Origin: a virus
Taxonomy: Duplodnaviria > Heunggongvirae > Uroviricota > Caudoviricetes
Direction: 5' to 3' (one strand)
Length of the DNA stretch: 50,795 nucleotides
Virus record (IMG/VR): IMGVR_UViG_3300008262_000042
Coordinates: 128,803 to 179,597 of that record
The position numbers and the translations under genes were made by a program. The first letter of the stretch is position 1; each line of letters begins with the position of its first letter. Below the pieces are notes generated by a model that saw only the letters and a program-made list of their open reading frames with translations, did no database searches and was not told the DNA's origin. Of this stretch, positions 24,787 to 34,343 are shown in pieces.

Positions 24787-25155
24787 TTAATATAAATGAG
24801 AATTGTCATATTCGTCTTCTACATATTGAACAACTGTTTTCTTTACTAACCACTTTTCTTTAACTACACCGCATTGCCTATCCTCGATCATAACTTGCCC
24901 AACTCCGTTATCTGCACAAAGCTCTTGTTCATCGTAACACTCAACAGCATCTTCATATGTATTGAAGGGTCCATAAGTACGCGTATCTGAATTTTTTTCG
25001 TATCCGTCAATAAGCTCATATGACATGCCTTCGCCACGTATACTAGCATCTACTTCAACTGCTATGTAGGGACTCGCTGTTACAAACCACATATTCGGCG
25101 TACCGTCATCGCCAATCATTTCTGAAGCCAATTTTTTAATCTCTTGTTGAGTCAT
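24787..25155 (-). CDS. Hypothetical acidic protein
   Basis: 122 aa ORF. Confidence 0.65.
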   Translation of the reverse strand: MTQQEIKKLASEMIGDDGTPNMWFVTASPYIAVEVDASIRGEGMSYELIDGYEKNSDTRTYGPFNTYEDAVECYDEQELCADNGVGQVMIEDRQCGVVKEKWLVKKTVVQYVEDEYDNSHLY

Positions 25156-25181
25156 ACTATTATTTGTTTTTTTATTATAAA

Positions 25182-25538
25182 TTAGCCTTTAATTAATTCG
25201 GCAAGCTGCAATACTTTTTCGAAAGGGATCGTCTGACAACCAACAATAACCACACCCTTCTTACGATCAACCTTAGCTGTATACTTTTCATTCAACTGAA
25301 CACCACTATAAGATTTACAGAATTCTTCAAACTCATCTAGACTAAGCTCTTTATAGCCCTCACCAGATCTAGAACCACCAATGTTAATACCGTCGTATTT
25401 CAAGATAGGGTACTCAGGGAAATCGGTTGCTTTATCTTTAACAGTACCTTCATAAACCGGCACGCCGTGTGCTAATGCTAGATCAATACAAGCCGTGTAG
25501 AAGATCTGATTCTTGGGTGCAATTACAAATTCTTTCAT
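25182..25538 (-). CDS. Family B hypothetical protein (LN..YTA...GCQT C-terminal module)
   Basis: Module shared with 26207, 34943 and 38366. Confidence 0.7.
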   Translation of the reverse strand: MKEFVIAPKNQIFYTACIDLALAHGVPVYEGTVKDKATDFPEYPILKYDGINIGGSRSGEGYKELSLDEFEEFCKSYSGVQLNEKYTAKVDRKKGVVIVGCQTIPFEKVLQLAELIKG

Positions 25539-25587
25539 AACTTTAATTTTGTTTTTTGTTTTTGATTTATTGTTTATTATTTTAATT

Positions 25588-25929
25588 TTAAGAAATAACT
25601 TTATAGTAGATTACTTGCGGATATTCGCCGAACACCCATACAGTAACTCCACACAGCCACATTTTATGCATATCAGGATAAACTATATAGTCACCTGTAC
25701 TAGCGCCGATTGTGTGAATGTCGCCAACGTATAGAAGCTTAGAATCGAAACCGTCAAAATGCTCAGTACTAATTTCTAATGTTATCTCGCTACCGCACTC
25801 GCTTAGTATATCTAACCAAGTATCTGCACCGGCAACCATTAGTAGATCTTCTTTGTCTCCGCCTTCTTGGATATATTTAGGAAGGTCGGCATACCACCGA
25901 CCCTCCTCGTTATAGAATCTTATTCTCAT
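25588..25929 (-). CDS. Conserved hypothetical protein
   Basis: WY.DLP...MVAGAD..LD...WLC.V...FG.YP motif. Confidence 0.7.
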   Translation of the reverse strand: MRIRFYNEEGRWYADLPKYIQEGGDKEDLLMVAGADTWLDILSECGSEITLEISTEHFDGFDSKLLYVGDIHTIGASTGDYIVYPDMHKMWLCGVTVWVFGEYPQVIYYKVIS

Positions 25930-25932
25930 ATA

Positions 25933-26223
25933 CTATTGAATTGTTAGTTTGTAAAGTTTTTTAACTAGATCAAAGCTATATTCGCTTGAAGCTGCCTCTA
26001 CTACCTCTTTTTCGTAGTTAACTACGCCTTCGTAGTCATCGGTTAACTGAATAGTTGGAGGTATCAAGTTCTTATATTTGTCGCAGAATTCAATAAATGC
26101 GTCTATACTAATAACCGAGTTGGAACCAACACTTTTTGAAGCGCATACTTCACGGCCGTCAAATTTAACTATAGGAAATTTCATATACTTACTATCCGAA
26201 TTACGTTCATACAAACGCCTCAC
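25933..26223 (-). CDS. Family B-like hypothetical protein
   Basis: Similar to 25182 (PI.K.DG...S.D.F.EFC). Confidence 0.55.
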   Translation of the reverse strand: MRRLYERNSDSKYMKFPIVKFDGREVCASKSVGSNSVISIDAFIEFCDKYKNLIPPTIQLTDDYEGVVNYEKEVVEAASSEYSFDLVKKLYKLTIQ

Positions 26224-26653
26224 GCTCCGGTGAACGCTTAGATTTAGGTAAATTGATTAAATCGTACAACTCTTTTAATTTTTCGTATGTCATTGTTTGG
26301 CAACCGATCTTGATCTTTCTTTCAGATTCTTTTAATTCTGCTGTGTACTCCGGGTTTAGGTATAGATGCTTTTGGCTCCGGCTCCATAATAGATTCCTAT
26401 CGCTTATAGAGGATGAACAAGCATCTCGGTTTGAAGAATACGAGTATATTTCATCAACTCGGTAGCTAGTTTCTTCAATCGCTTCAGTTAGATCATCACT
26501 CAAGTACTTCATGGGGAACCATGTATACTCGACACCCTCAGCATCGCGACCACATACAATTGAATCACCTTGAGGTGTTCCTAACATTACAATTCCCCAA
26601 CTGCCTGCACCAGTCTTAATTAACATTCCAGATTTTAAATCAGATTTTTTCAT
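26207..26653 (-). CDS. Family B hypothetical protein
   Basis: MKKSDLKSGM N-terminus; LNPEYTA...IGCQT. Confidence 0.7.
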   Translation of the reverse strand: MKKSDLKSGMLIKTGAGSWGIVMLGTPQGDSIVCGRDAEGVEYTWFPMKYLSDDLTEAIEETSYRVDEIYSYSSNRDACSSSISDRNLLWSRSQKHLYLNPEYTAELKESERKIKIGCQTMTYEKLKELYDLINLPKSKRSPEREAFV

Positions 26654-26676
26654 AACTTGTTTTGTTTTTTTGTTTT

Positions 26677-26991
26677 TTATAATATAATATCGTCTTCTCC
26701 AAATTCTTGTATTAATTCTTTTTTCATTGCACGAGGGCCCGGTGATTTACCGAACCACTTTGTCATGAATTTGCCGATAGATAATAAACCAGAGTCTACT
26801 AACTTTTGATCTTTTGTCATGTTTAGAGGCTGCAAACAAATTTCGTTTTTGCCATAATAAACTCTAACAAAGCAATCTGGGTACATCGCTGAAAATTTAG
26901 TAGCTGCTAAATTCGGATTTGGAGTTTCCCATTTTTTTGTGAAAACTTGTTTGCCTTTTTTATCTTTTACTATAACGTGAGCTTTTACCAT
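26677..26991 (-). CDS. Hypothetical protein
   Basis: 104 aa ORF. Confidence 0.65.
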   Translation of the reverse strand: MVKAHVIVKDKKGKQVFTKKWETPNPNLAATKFSAMYPDCFVRVYYGKNEICLQPLNMTKDQKLVDSGLLSIGKFMTKWFGKSPGPRAMKKELIQEFGEDDIIL

Positions 26992-27144
26992 AATTCTTAA
27001 TTAGTTTAAATAGATTATACAAATATCAGAAGGCAATCCTTCAATAATGTCTACCGGAATTGTGATTTTACTATTTTTCATTTTGAAAAATTTTTTAAAA
27101 ATAATGGAATGTCTCGTAAGATTTAGTTTTCTATCTATCAACTA

Positions 27145-27816
27145 CTATTTCTTCTCGAAGTAGATTATAGTACCACTGCCTATCTCCTTAACTACCACCT
27201 TAGCGGCCTTATCGCCAAACGCATCATAAGGTATATAGAACCCACAACCCTGCGCAGACTTAGGAATTCCGTTAGTTCCTGCAAGGCCATGTAAGATATT
27301 AATTCCATTCATATCTTTTAATACGCCGCTCTTCGCCCTATAATACACACCTGTCTGATAGTTCCCTTCTTCAACTATACGTATGTGCTCAGGTCCTTTA
27401 AGGAATCCGAACTTGTCTTCAAGCTTCTTCTTCCACTCGCTGTCAGCTGCCTCGTAAGCTTCGTATACAAAAGCCTTCGGTACTTTGACTACTAACGCAT
27501 AAAGGTCAGGTACAACAACTTTAATTTTCTTCGCCCATGTAGGACATGCTGCATTATAAGCCTCAAGTACAAACTCTGTAGATACAGTCACGTACTCTAC
27601 TTTAGTATCTTCCACCGCAGATACTAGATCACCTTCTCGATAAGAGTTATATACAGCTGTGTCCCATAATACACGATATACAAAAGGACCTATTATCTCG
27701 CCAACCTGCTCAATAGTACCAATTACATCTGCAGGATTCCGGTCGCTTTTACCATAGTATTTACTATCTTTTGGAATTCTTACTCTGTCTCCTACTTTGA
27801 ATGTGTGCGTTGCCAT
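27145..27816 (-). CDS. Family A protein (SH3-like N-terminus + AC..W repeats)
   Basis: FKVGDRV.I...S.YY...NP...V.W...NSY...DL; EFVLEAY.AAC..W. Confidence 0.75.
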   Translation of the reverse strand: MATHTFKVGDRVRIPKDSKYYGKSDRNPADVIGTIEQVGEIIGPFVYRVLWDTAVYNSYREGDLVSAVEDTKVEYVTVSTEFVLEAYNAACPTWAKKIKVVVPDLYALVVKVPKAFVYEAYEAADSEWKKKLEDKFGFLKGPEHIRIVEEGNYQTGVYYRAKSGVLKDMNGINILHGLAGTNGIPKSAQGCGFYIPYDAFGDKAAKVVVKEIGSGTIIYFEKK

Positions 27817-27856
27817 AACTTTTATTTTATTTTTTGTTTATAATTAATAATATTGA

Positions 27857-28084
27857 TTAGTTTTCGAAACATTCCCAAGGATCGATAGGACTCCGACCGA
27901 ATGCAGCTTTGTAATAATTCATTAGCGTTAACACATCACCGTATGTCATATCAACAACAATATATAATTCGTTTAGACGCGTAAATAAGCATTCAACTAG
28001 AGTAGGATAATTAGTACGATCTAATTCGATAGTCGCTTTGATCTTCGGGTTAAGTTTATCGAGTAATGATTTGAACTCTGTCAT
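27857..28084 (-). CDS. Hypothetical protein
   Basis: 75 aa ORF with its own promoter repeat. Confidence 0.6.
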   Translation of the reverse strand: MTEFKSLLDKLNPKIKATIELDRTNYPTLVECLFTRLNELYIVVDMTYGDVLTLMNYYKAAFGRSPIDPWECFEN

Positions 28085-28103
28085 GATTAATTGATTTAAT
28101 ATT

Positions 28104-28390
28104 CTAAAGAATAGTACCTTGATTTCAGACTACCAACTATTTATTTAACTGTTTTACAGTCCGTTCTTTGACTTAACCTTATTATACATCCATAGCCGAA
28201 CACCCTTAGTAGGCTTTAATGCCCAGTGTTCATCAAGAATATCAAAAGTTATCTTATCGATCTTATTCCATCTGTGAAGCAAGACATATTTAATATAGGT
28301 CTTAAGAATATCAAGTAAAATAAACATATCTGATTGATTTTTGATTATACCTAAAGATAGGATCTTAATTTCAGACTACCAACTATTTAG
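28104..28390 (-). promoter_or_regulatory. Two copies of a putative early promoter (28104-28144 and 28350-28390)
   Basis: Direct repeat TAAATAGTTGGTAGTCTGAAAT...CTTTAG, each ~20 nt before an ATG; TTG...TAnnTTTA layout resembles Bacteroidota -33/-7 promoters. Confidence 0.55.
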
Positions 28391-28619
28391 TAGGTACTAC
28401 TCCGTAAGTTTCGTTATAATATTGTTTGCCGGTTGCAATAGTTGGAGTGTCAAACTCTCCACAATTATCAATCCCATTTTCCCAAGCATCAATTAACTGT
28501 TCCGCTTCCATTTGTATGGCTTGTTCAATAATTTCATCAAAACCCCTTGAATCACCATTACCGTTTTGGCGATCAACTATTTGTTTCACCAACCATTCAA
28601 CCGCTGTTTGTTTTTGCAT
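28383..28619 (-). CDS. Hypothetical protein (QTAVEWL family)
   Basis: Paralogue of 44689. Confidence 0.65.
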   Translation of the reverse strand: MQKQTAVEWLVKQIVDRQNGNGDSRGFDEIIEQAIQMEAEQLIDAWENGIDNCGEFDTPTIATGKQYYNETYGVVPTK

Positions 28620-28656
28620 AATTTGATTTTTGATTATAAAAAGATAATGACTTTAT

Positions 28657-28890
28657 TTAATAAAATAATCTTGCTGTTGCTCGTACTTTGTATTGCACAT
28701 CTACAATATCGCCTAACTCGAATATATCGATACGACATTTTGCTTCTTCGGCGGTAATTTCCTCTTCGTCTATATACTCGTTAACACGATCTAATACTAT
28801 ATCAAGGTCACCGATAAAGATTGTTTGTTCATTTTCTGAGTCGATCGCGATATACGTACTACGTTTTGGTAATTTTGTTTTTTTAGACAT
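28657..28890 (-). CDS. Hypothetical protein
   Basis: 77 aa ORF. Confidence 0.6.
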   Translation of the reverse strand: MSKKTKLPKRSTYIAIDSENEQTIFIGDLDIVLDRVNEYIDEEEITAEEAKCRIDIFELGDIVDVQYKVRATARLFY

Positions 28891-28959
28891 AACTATTCGT
28901 TTGGTGAAATGTAAAAGTACCCCATAGGCTTGAAATAAAAAAATTTCGGTGAAAATAGT

Positions 28960-29135
28960 CTATTGGTTTCCAATAAAGAATTTACAACTGATTGGTAATC
29001 AAGGGGCATAGGATCCATTGAAAACCAATCAGTTGCACCCGGAGCTGTTTGGGAGCTCATGGTTAGCGTACGCTATGGTTGCGTATAATATGCTATATAG
29101 TAGATTTTACGCTGTCCTATAAGATGGAGCAGCTC
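28960..29135. repeat. Copy 4 of the dispersed repeat with IHF-like boxes
   Basis: CAACTGATTGGTAATCAA; ATTGAAAACCAATCAGTTGCACCC...GAGCTCATGG. Confidence 0.65.
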
Positions 29136-29148
29136 CAAAACGCGCTAT

Positions 29149-29349
29149 TTAGACAATATCGCAATAATCACCCATAATAGCTAATGCTTCATCATACGAA
29201 TTACTAGAGAATACCTTTTCGGTCATTTCTTTAGCTTCATCATGCATACCCGCTTTTTTAAGTGCTTTTGAACAGATACCGATTAAATTAAAAACGTTGC
29301 CGTCTTCTCCGATAAGTTTTGCTTTTGGTTTGATTTTAGTTTGTTCCAT
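29149..29349 (-). CDS. Conserved small hypothetical protein
   Basis: KLIGEDGNVFNLIG....ALK.AG...SYDEAL motif seen in phages and mobile elements. Confidence 0.7.
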   Translation of the reverse strand: MEQTKIKPKAKLIGEDGNVFNLIGICSKALKKAGMHDEAKEMTEKVFSSNSYDEALAIMGDYCDIV

Positions 29350-29512
29350 TTTTACTTGTTTAGTTAAAAATATATTTTATTAGAGAAAATAAAAACATAC
29401 TCACAATTGTTAATATAAAACCTCCTGATAAATATAGAACAATATAATATTCAGGATCAGACATAAAATCGTGAATTAGTGTTTTTATTCTTTTCATTTT
29501 TTTAATTTTTAG

Positions 29513-29596
29513 TAGTCAGGACAGGATTCGAACCTATATACCTTTGGAGGAGCCTACTGCCCAGCACCAACCGTCTACCAATTGCGCCACCTGACT
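29513..29596 (-). ncRNA. tRNA-scaffold variable-core element, copy G
   Basis: Conserved arms with a unique core. Confidence 0.75.
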
Positions 29597-29600
29597 ATTT

Positions 29601-29698
29601 GAGGATGAGAAGTCCTCTGTGTTGAGTAGGTTGTCTTCTTACATTTCTGTAACGGATAGCCTCTTATCATTCGCATTCCTTTCTCAAAGGAACAACAC
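29601..29698 (-). ncRNA. Kissing-loop structured RNA, copy 2
   Basis: Same ends as 15115-15203, different middle. Confidence 0.6.
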
Positions 29699-29830
29699 AA
29701 TTTGTAGTAATAAACCAATAGACTTACACGCCTATGTCAGGGCTTTCATTACTGTTTGAATTAATCCTTTTTTACAGGTTAGCCCCCACTCAGTCTTGCG
29801 CTGACAACAATTTATCACTACAACTTTTTA

Positions 29831-29934
29831 TGTGGACTATAAAGTCTTACGATTAAATCACACCTAGATACGAACCCTGATAAATCAGTCTTACGATAGA
29901 TGTGATAAAAGATACGAACCCTTTATAGTCCACA
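29831..29934. repeat. 14-bp inverted repeat enclosing two duplicated modules
   Basis: TGTGGACTATAAAG/CTTTATAGTCCACA; GTCTTACGAT x2 and AGATACGAACCCT x2. Confidence 0.75.
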
Positions 29935-30142
29935 ATGGTAAACATCAAACCAAGATTTTAACTGAGATCGTTTAAACAGTACGAATGAAGAATCTTGTGT
30001 ATATTCGCATGATGCATAACCTTTCTTATCAAAGATCTTTTACGTCTAATTTTCATACGCTTATAAAACCTAAGCGACTTTGCTGACCGTTTCTTGATTA
30101 CAAATACTTTACGTAATTCCGAACTACTTGTTATCATATTAA

Positions 30143-30667
30143 TTAACATGGAATCGCTTCCGCCTTAGTTGTGAACACTTCTTTAACATCGTCAACTTGT
30201 TCATCGAATGTCAACATCAACTTAACAACTGCTTCAAGTCCTTTAATTTGATCTGCTCTTACTTCTTCTTTTGTGCGGTGTTTATAAACATCATATGTGA
30301 GCTCAGTATTTGTTTCAAATACGTATTCAATTTGACGAAGTTCATCGATAGTGAAATCGATTTTTTCTATAGCATCCCGTAGGTTTTTATACCGATCCTC
30401 TGCTAATGCTTTATGTAGCCCTGGTTTTACACTTTGTTGACCGTAGCTATCTGTACGGAATAAATAAGCCCAATCATAATTGGGCACATTTGGCTTTGTC
30501 GCATAGTGACGGAGCGTGGTAAGGAAGTTTTCTTTGACAACCTTAGAACCCATACCATGAGCAACTAAGTTACCAACTGCACAAGCAGTACAAGTACCCT
30601 TTGCTAGTGTTCCTTCATTAATAGCATCTAAAAAAATATCTATTGCGTTTTCGATTCTTTTTGTCAT
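30143..30667 (-). CDS. Hypothetical protein
   Basis: GTCTACAVGNLV motif; 174 aa. Confidence 0.7.
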   Translation of the reverse strand: MTKRIENAIDIFLDAINEGTLAKGTCTACAVGNLVAHGMGSKVVKENFLTTLRHYATKPNVPNYDWAYLFRTDSYGQQSVKPGLHKALAEDRYKNLRDAIEKIDFTIDELRQIEYVFETNTELTYDVYKHRTKEEVRADQIKGLEAVVKLMLTFDEQVDDVKEVFTTKAEAIPC

Positions 30668-30683
30668 GACTTTTAGTATTTGG

Positions 30684-31394
30684 TTATTTTTTTGTAAAGT
30701 AGATTATGCTTCTATTATTACCACCCTCCATTACATTTAGTTGTAATCTAGAACTATTGTAATATAATGCTCTACCTCTAAGCTCTTTGGGAATTCCGTC
30801 TTCACCCGCAAGACCCTTAACAATACCTATACCAACCTCTGTACCAATACGATACGAGCTAAAATCACTGTCTATATTTCCATTAATTAATGATATAGCT
30901 TCTATTTTTTTAAAGACATCAGGGAACCGTTTTTCTAAGAATTCTTGTACAAGCAGATTAGCTTCGGAATGACACTCTTTGATAAATTCAGATTCTACCA
31001 TACACTCATCTTCAAACTCAGAGAACTGTATAGCAATCTTTTTGCGCCATTCTGCACAAATACTTTGCAACTTCATAACGTCTCGTACGTCCTTTCTAGT
31101 AATAGTTACGGCGTTAGTGATTACTCGTGTAACGCCATTTACATGGATCAAACACTCATCAACATCACCATCGCTATTTGATTTTAAGCTACGAACTGCT
31201 AATAACAACTCTTTACTTGACTCATGATTATCCATAGCAAATATGACTCCTATAGTGCCTTCTCGCCAAGACGGGTTTTTTTCAGTGTTATTAAATTTTA
31301 ATTTTCGGAACATCGTATCGTATGTAGAGTATGTTCTTCCTGGATTAGTGATCTTTACTTTGTCGCCTACTTTGAATTTTGTTTCGTTTGCCAT
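30684..31394 (-). CDS. Family A protein
   Basis: FKVGDKV; C.EW..KI; GLAG..GIP...IIYF.KK. Confidence 0.75.
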   Translation of the reverse strand: MANETKFKVGDKVKITNPGRTYSTYDTMFRKLKFNNTEKNPSWREGTIGVIFAMDNHESSKELLLAVRSLKSNSDGDVDECLIHVNGVTRVITNAVTITRKDVRDVMKLQSICAEWRKKIAIQFSEFEDECMVESEFIKECHSEANLLVQEFLEKRFPDVFKKIEAISLINGNIDSDFSSYRIGTEVGIGIVKGLAGEDGIPKELRGRALYYNSSRLQLNVMEGGNNRSIIYFTKK

Positions 31395-31442
31395 GAATTT
31401 ATTTATTTAATTAAAGATGTATGTTTTTAAGTACTAATAATT

Positions 31443-32135
31443 TTATTGTTTCTTCTTGAAATATATCACTGAAGATAGTTTTAGTTCAATGTTACTGTGA
31501 ATAATATCAGCTTTTGTATTAAGTTCTGAGTTTATATATAAGCCGCAGCAACGTGTATCAACTGGCACATTCGCGGTTCCTGCGATGCCTTGAATTAGCT
31601 CTATGCCTTCTAATTCAGTGTATGAGTCTGTTTCATAACTATATACAAACAGCTTTGATGATAGTCTTTCAAGATCAGTGTGACTATCTGATACGATACG
31701 TACGTACTCAGGTCCGTCTTTAAATAGTTGTGGAAACTTAGCTTTAATCTTAGCTTTCCATGTAGTATCAGCTGCTTTGTAAGCCTCAGTAATAAAGGAC
31801 GCTTTTACATTTACTTTTTTATCATATAAGTTAGGCACCTCTTTTTTAATCTTCTCTTTCCACTCAGTACATGCTTTTTCATATGCCTCGAGTACAAACT
31901 CACGATTCACTGTATATGAGTCTTCAGTATTAGCGAATACTAGATCTGAATGATTATAGCTATTTCCTCCATTATTTTGCCATTCAACTCTTACAGGTAA
32001 ACTAGACACGTCCCTAATAGCTGATACAGTGCCAACAACGTCGCGTGGATTATTTATACTATTCTGTGCATAGTATTTGCTTGATGTAGCAATCATTACT
32101 TTGTCTCCTACTTCGAATTTAATTACTTTTGCCAT
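31443..32135 (-). CDS. Family A protein
   Basis: Paralogue of 32151, 27145 and 37596. Confidence 0.78.
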   Translation of the reverse strand: MAKVIKFEVGDKVMIATSSKYYAQNSINNPRDVVGTVSAIRDVSSLPVRVEWQNNGGNSYNHSDLVFANTEDSYTVNREFVLEAYEKACTEWKEKIKKEVPNLYDKKVNVKASFITEAYKAADTTWKAKIKAKFPQLFKDGPEYVRIVSDSHTDLERLSSKLFVYSYETDSYTELEGIELIQGIAGTANVPVDTRCCGLYINSELNTKADIIHSNIELKLSSVIYFKKKQ

Positions 32136-32150
32136 AGCTTTATTTTATTT

Positions 32151-32849
32151 TTATTGTTTTGTTTTAAAGTAAATTGCGGTAACTCCTGTACTAATGTCAG
32201 ATGCGTGACTAACAACTATATCAGAGCTTTTTACTAATCGACCACAAACATAAATTCCACAACCGGCCGCTTCCTCAGGCACATTATCTTTACCTGCCGC
32301 TATAGTAAGTAATTCTATCCCGTCTAATTCTACATATTTGCTTGCGCGCGTATCATATGTATAAAGTTTAGCGTTTAATCTACTAACGTTTTCAACGTCC
32401 TTAGGTACAATGCTTGTGCATTGAACGTCTTTATATAATTCAGGGAAATTTGATCTGATCTTAGCTTTCCATATAGTATCAGCTGCTTTATATGCTAATC
32501 GGATAAAAGATTCTTTTACCGGTATTTCGTCATCGTATAAATTAGGTACCTCAGCAGCAATCTTTGCTTTCCATTCCGAACATGCACCTTTATAAGCTTC
32601 GAGTACAAACTCTCTACGCGCAAATACTACTAATTCAGCGCTGTCTTCATTAAATAGAACGAGATCGTACTCTCTGTATGAATTTTCCTCTCCATTACTC
32701 CATTTTACTCTGATCCACACAGCACCCTTATTACGTTCAATAATTGTGCCTACGATATTACGGGGATTGGATGGTCTATCTTCTTCATAATATTCACTTG
32801 TTTTAGCGATCTTTACTTTGTCTCCTAACTTTAATTTTACTTTTGCCAT
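32151..32849 (-). CDS. Family A protein
   Basis: Tandem paralogue. Confidence 0.78.
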   Translation of the reverse strand: MAKVKLKLGDKVKIAKTSEYYEEDRPSNPRNIVGTIIERNKGAVWIRVKWSNGEENSYREYDLVLFNEDSAELVVFARREFVLEAYKGACSEWKAKIAAEVPNLYDDEIPVKESFIRLAYKAADTIWKAKIRSNFPELYKDVQCTSIVPKDVENVSRLNAKLYTYDTRASKYVELDGIELLTIAAGKDNVPEEAAGCGIYVCGRLVKSSDIVVSHASDISTGVTAIYFKTKQ

Positions 32850-32900
32850 AACTTTTATTTTGTTTATTTAATGATCTATATAATGATAATGTCTTTCTAC

Positions 32901-33182
32901 TTACCAATCTTCTCCTGCTCCACCGCCACCGAACAATCCACCTCCGAATCCTCCGAAGCTATCACCTGAACTTCCTTCGCTTATTTTACTGCTACTACTT
33001 CCGCCAAGGTCTAAGTCTAATAGAGCATCAATTGCTTTAGATATTATATAATCTTCTACTACATCTTGCAGATCGTTTGTATCTGGAATTCGTGAATAGT
33101 CTTCGCGATCATAGTCTTCAAGATCGTTATAGGTTGCTTGACTGATAACCGCGCCGGTGTAATTGTGTCTGTAATTAGCCAT
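32901..33182 (-). CDS. Small acidic protein with a Gly/Phe-rich tail
   Basis: Ends FGGFGGGLFGGGGAGEDW. Confidence 0.65.
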   Translation of the reverse strand: MANYRHNYTGAVISQATYNDLEDYDREDYSRIPDTNDLQDVVEDYIISKAIDALLDLDLGGSSSSKISEGSSGDSFGGFGGGLFGGGGAGEDW

Positions 33183-33206
33183 AATTTTGATTTTGTTTAT
33201 TAATTG

Positions 33207-33339
33207 TGATCAGGACAGGATTCGAACCTATGACTTAAGACTGACCCCTTACTGACCTTTCGGTATCCGCGCCCTACCAGACTTGGTGCGATATTTCATT
33301 ATCTTAGGGAGTTGCTCTAACCAACTGAGCTACCTGACT
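33207..33339 (-). ncRNA. tRNA-scaffold variable-core element, copy H
   Basis: Same acceptor/T arms but a different D arm (UAGCUCAGUUGGUUAGAGC). Confidence 0.7.
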
Positions 33340-33345
33340 ATTTTA

Positions 33346-33564
33346 TTACCATCTTGTAATTATTTTCGAAGGGAAACGTTCTCCAAATTGATTGATTTCT
33401 TTTAAAGTTGCTTCTCTAAGGTATTCATAATTACTTAAAAAAACTGATTGTAATGTTCCTTTCAACGAGTAATTCATAAATACCACTTCTGTCCCACCAA
33501 ACATTCCATGACTAAGATTGGTAAGAACTAAAATTTTTCCACCCTTTTTTCTATATACTTTCAT
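33346..33564 (-). CDS. Hypothetical protein
   Basis: 72 aa ORF between scaffold elements. Confidence 0.55.
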   Translation of the reverse strand: MKVYRKKGGKILVLTNLSHGMFGGTEVVFMNYSLKGTLQSVFLSNYEYLREATLKEINQFGERFPSKIITRW

Positions 33565-33579
33565 AATTTTAATTTTTAG

Positions 33580-33677
33580 CAGTCAGGACAGGATTCGAAC
33601 CTGCAAGAACTCTTTTTATTCTTCGCTCTGGTTACTGTATTTCGCCAGCCACGGCTTTACCATTCCGCCACCTGACT
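33580..33677 (-). ncRNA. tRNA-scaffold variable-core element, copy I
   Basis: Conserved arms with a unique core. Confidence 0.75.
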
Positions 33678-33682
33678 ATAGT

Positions 33683-33934
33683 TTATTCTGTGATATTAAT
33701 CTCTCTGAATTGGGAGATAGTAGTTGTTTCCCACCCTCTTGCGCTCCAACCACAATACTTACCTTCTCCATACCATCCATCATATTCTAATATATCACCG
33801 TATAGAGGCGTCTCTTTAGCTATTTTTTCAGCATGGTCTAACGCTCGTTGTTTATCTAAATAAGTTGCTACTAAATCGAACCGTTGACGGCCGTGCTTAT
33901 CCTGCTCTCCTTTATACACTTGGTATGCTTTCAT
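33683..33934 (-). CDS. Hypothetical protein
   Basis: Start revised to MKAYQVYK. Confidence 0.6.
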   Translation of the reverse strand: MKAYQVYKGEQDKHGRQRFDLVATYLDKQRALDHAEKIAKETPLYGDILEYDGWYGEGKYCGWSARGWETTTISQFREINITE

Positions 33935-33957
33935 AACTTTTTTGTTTTGTTCTTTAG

Positions 33958-34054
33958 CAGTCAAGACAGGATTCGAACCTGTACACTGGATTTATTCGAT
34001 CATATTCATCCCAACCCCTACGGCTGTTGCGTCTACCAATTCCGCCACTTGACT
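33958..34054 (-). ncRNA. tRNA-scaffold variable-core element, copy J
   Basis: Compensatory acceptor change AGUCAAG/CUUGACU. Confidence 0.78.
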
Positions 34055-34060
34055 ATAAAA

Positions 34061-34209
34061 AATGGTAAATGCCCGATGCGTTTCCGTAAAACCCGCGTAT
34101 TCCTCAGCCCTAAGGGCTTCATTCGGGAGTAACTGCTACCTTTTGCGCTTTAAAAAATTTGGGGTCTGCAGCAAACTATTACGTTTGGTTTCCTACTTCA
34201 TTTACCATT
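34061..34209 (-). ncRNA. Unidentified structured RNA
   Basis: 11-bp closing stem AAUGGUAAAUG/CAUUUACCAUU, internal hairpins, flanked by two scaffold elements. Confidence 0.5.
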
Positions 34210-34236
34210 CAAATAAATCGCCATTTATATTTTTTG

Positions 34237-34336
34237 TAGTCAGGACAGGATTCGAACCTGTAATGTACGCAAGTGACACCAGAGACAGGAATCGAACCTC
34301 CCACTTGTGTGCGTCTACCAATTCCGCCACCCGACC
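34237..34336 (-). ncRNA. tRNA-scaffold variable-core element, copy K (second T loop in the core)
   Basis: GGUCGGG/CCUGACU acceptor; core contains AGG-UUCGAUU-CCU. Confidence 0.72.
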
Positions 34337-34343
34337 AACCTAT

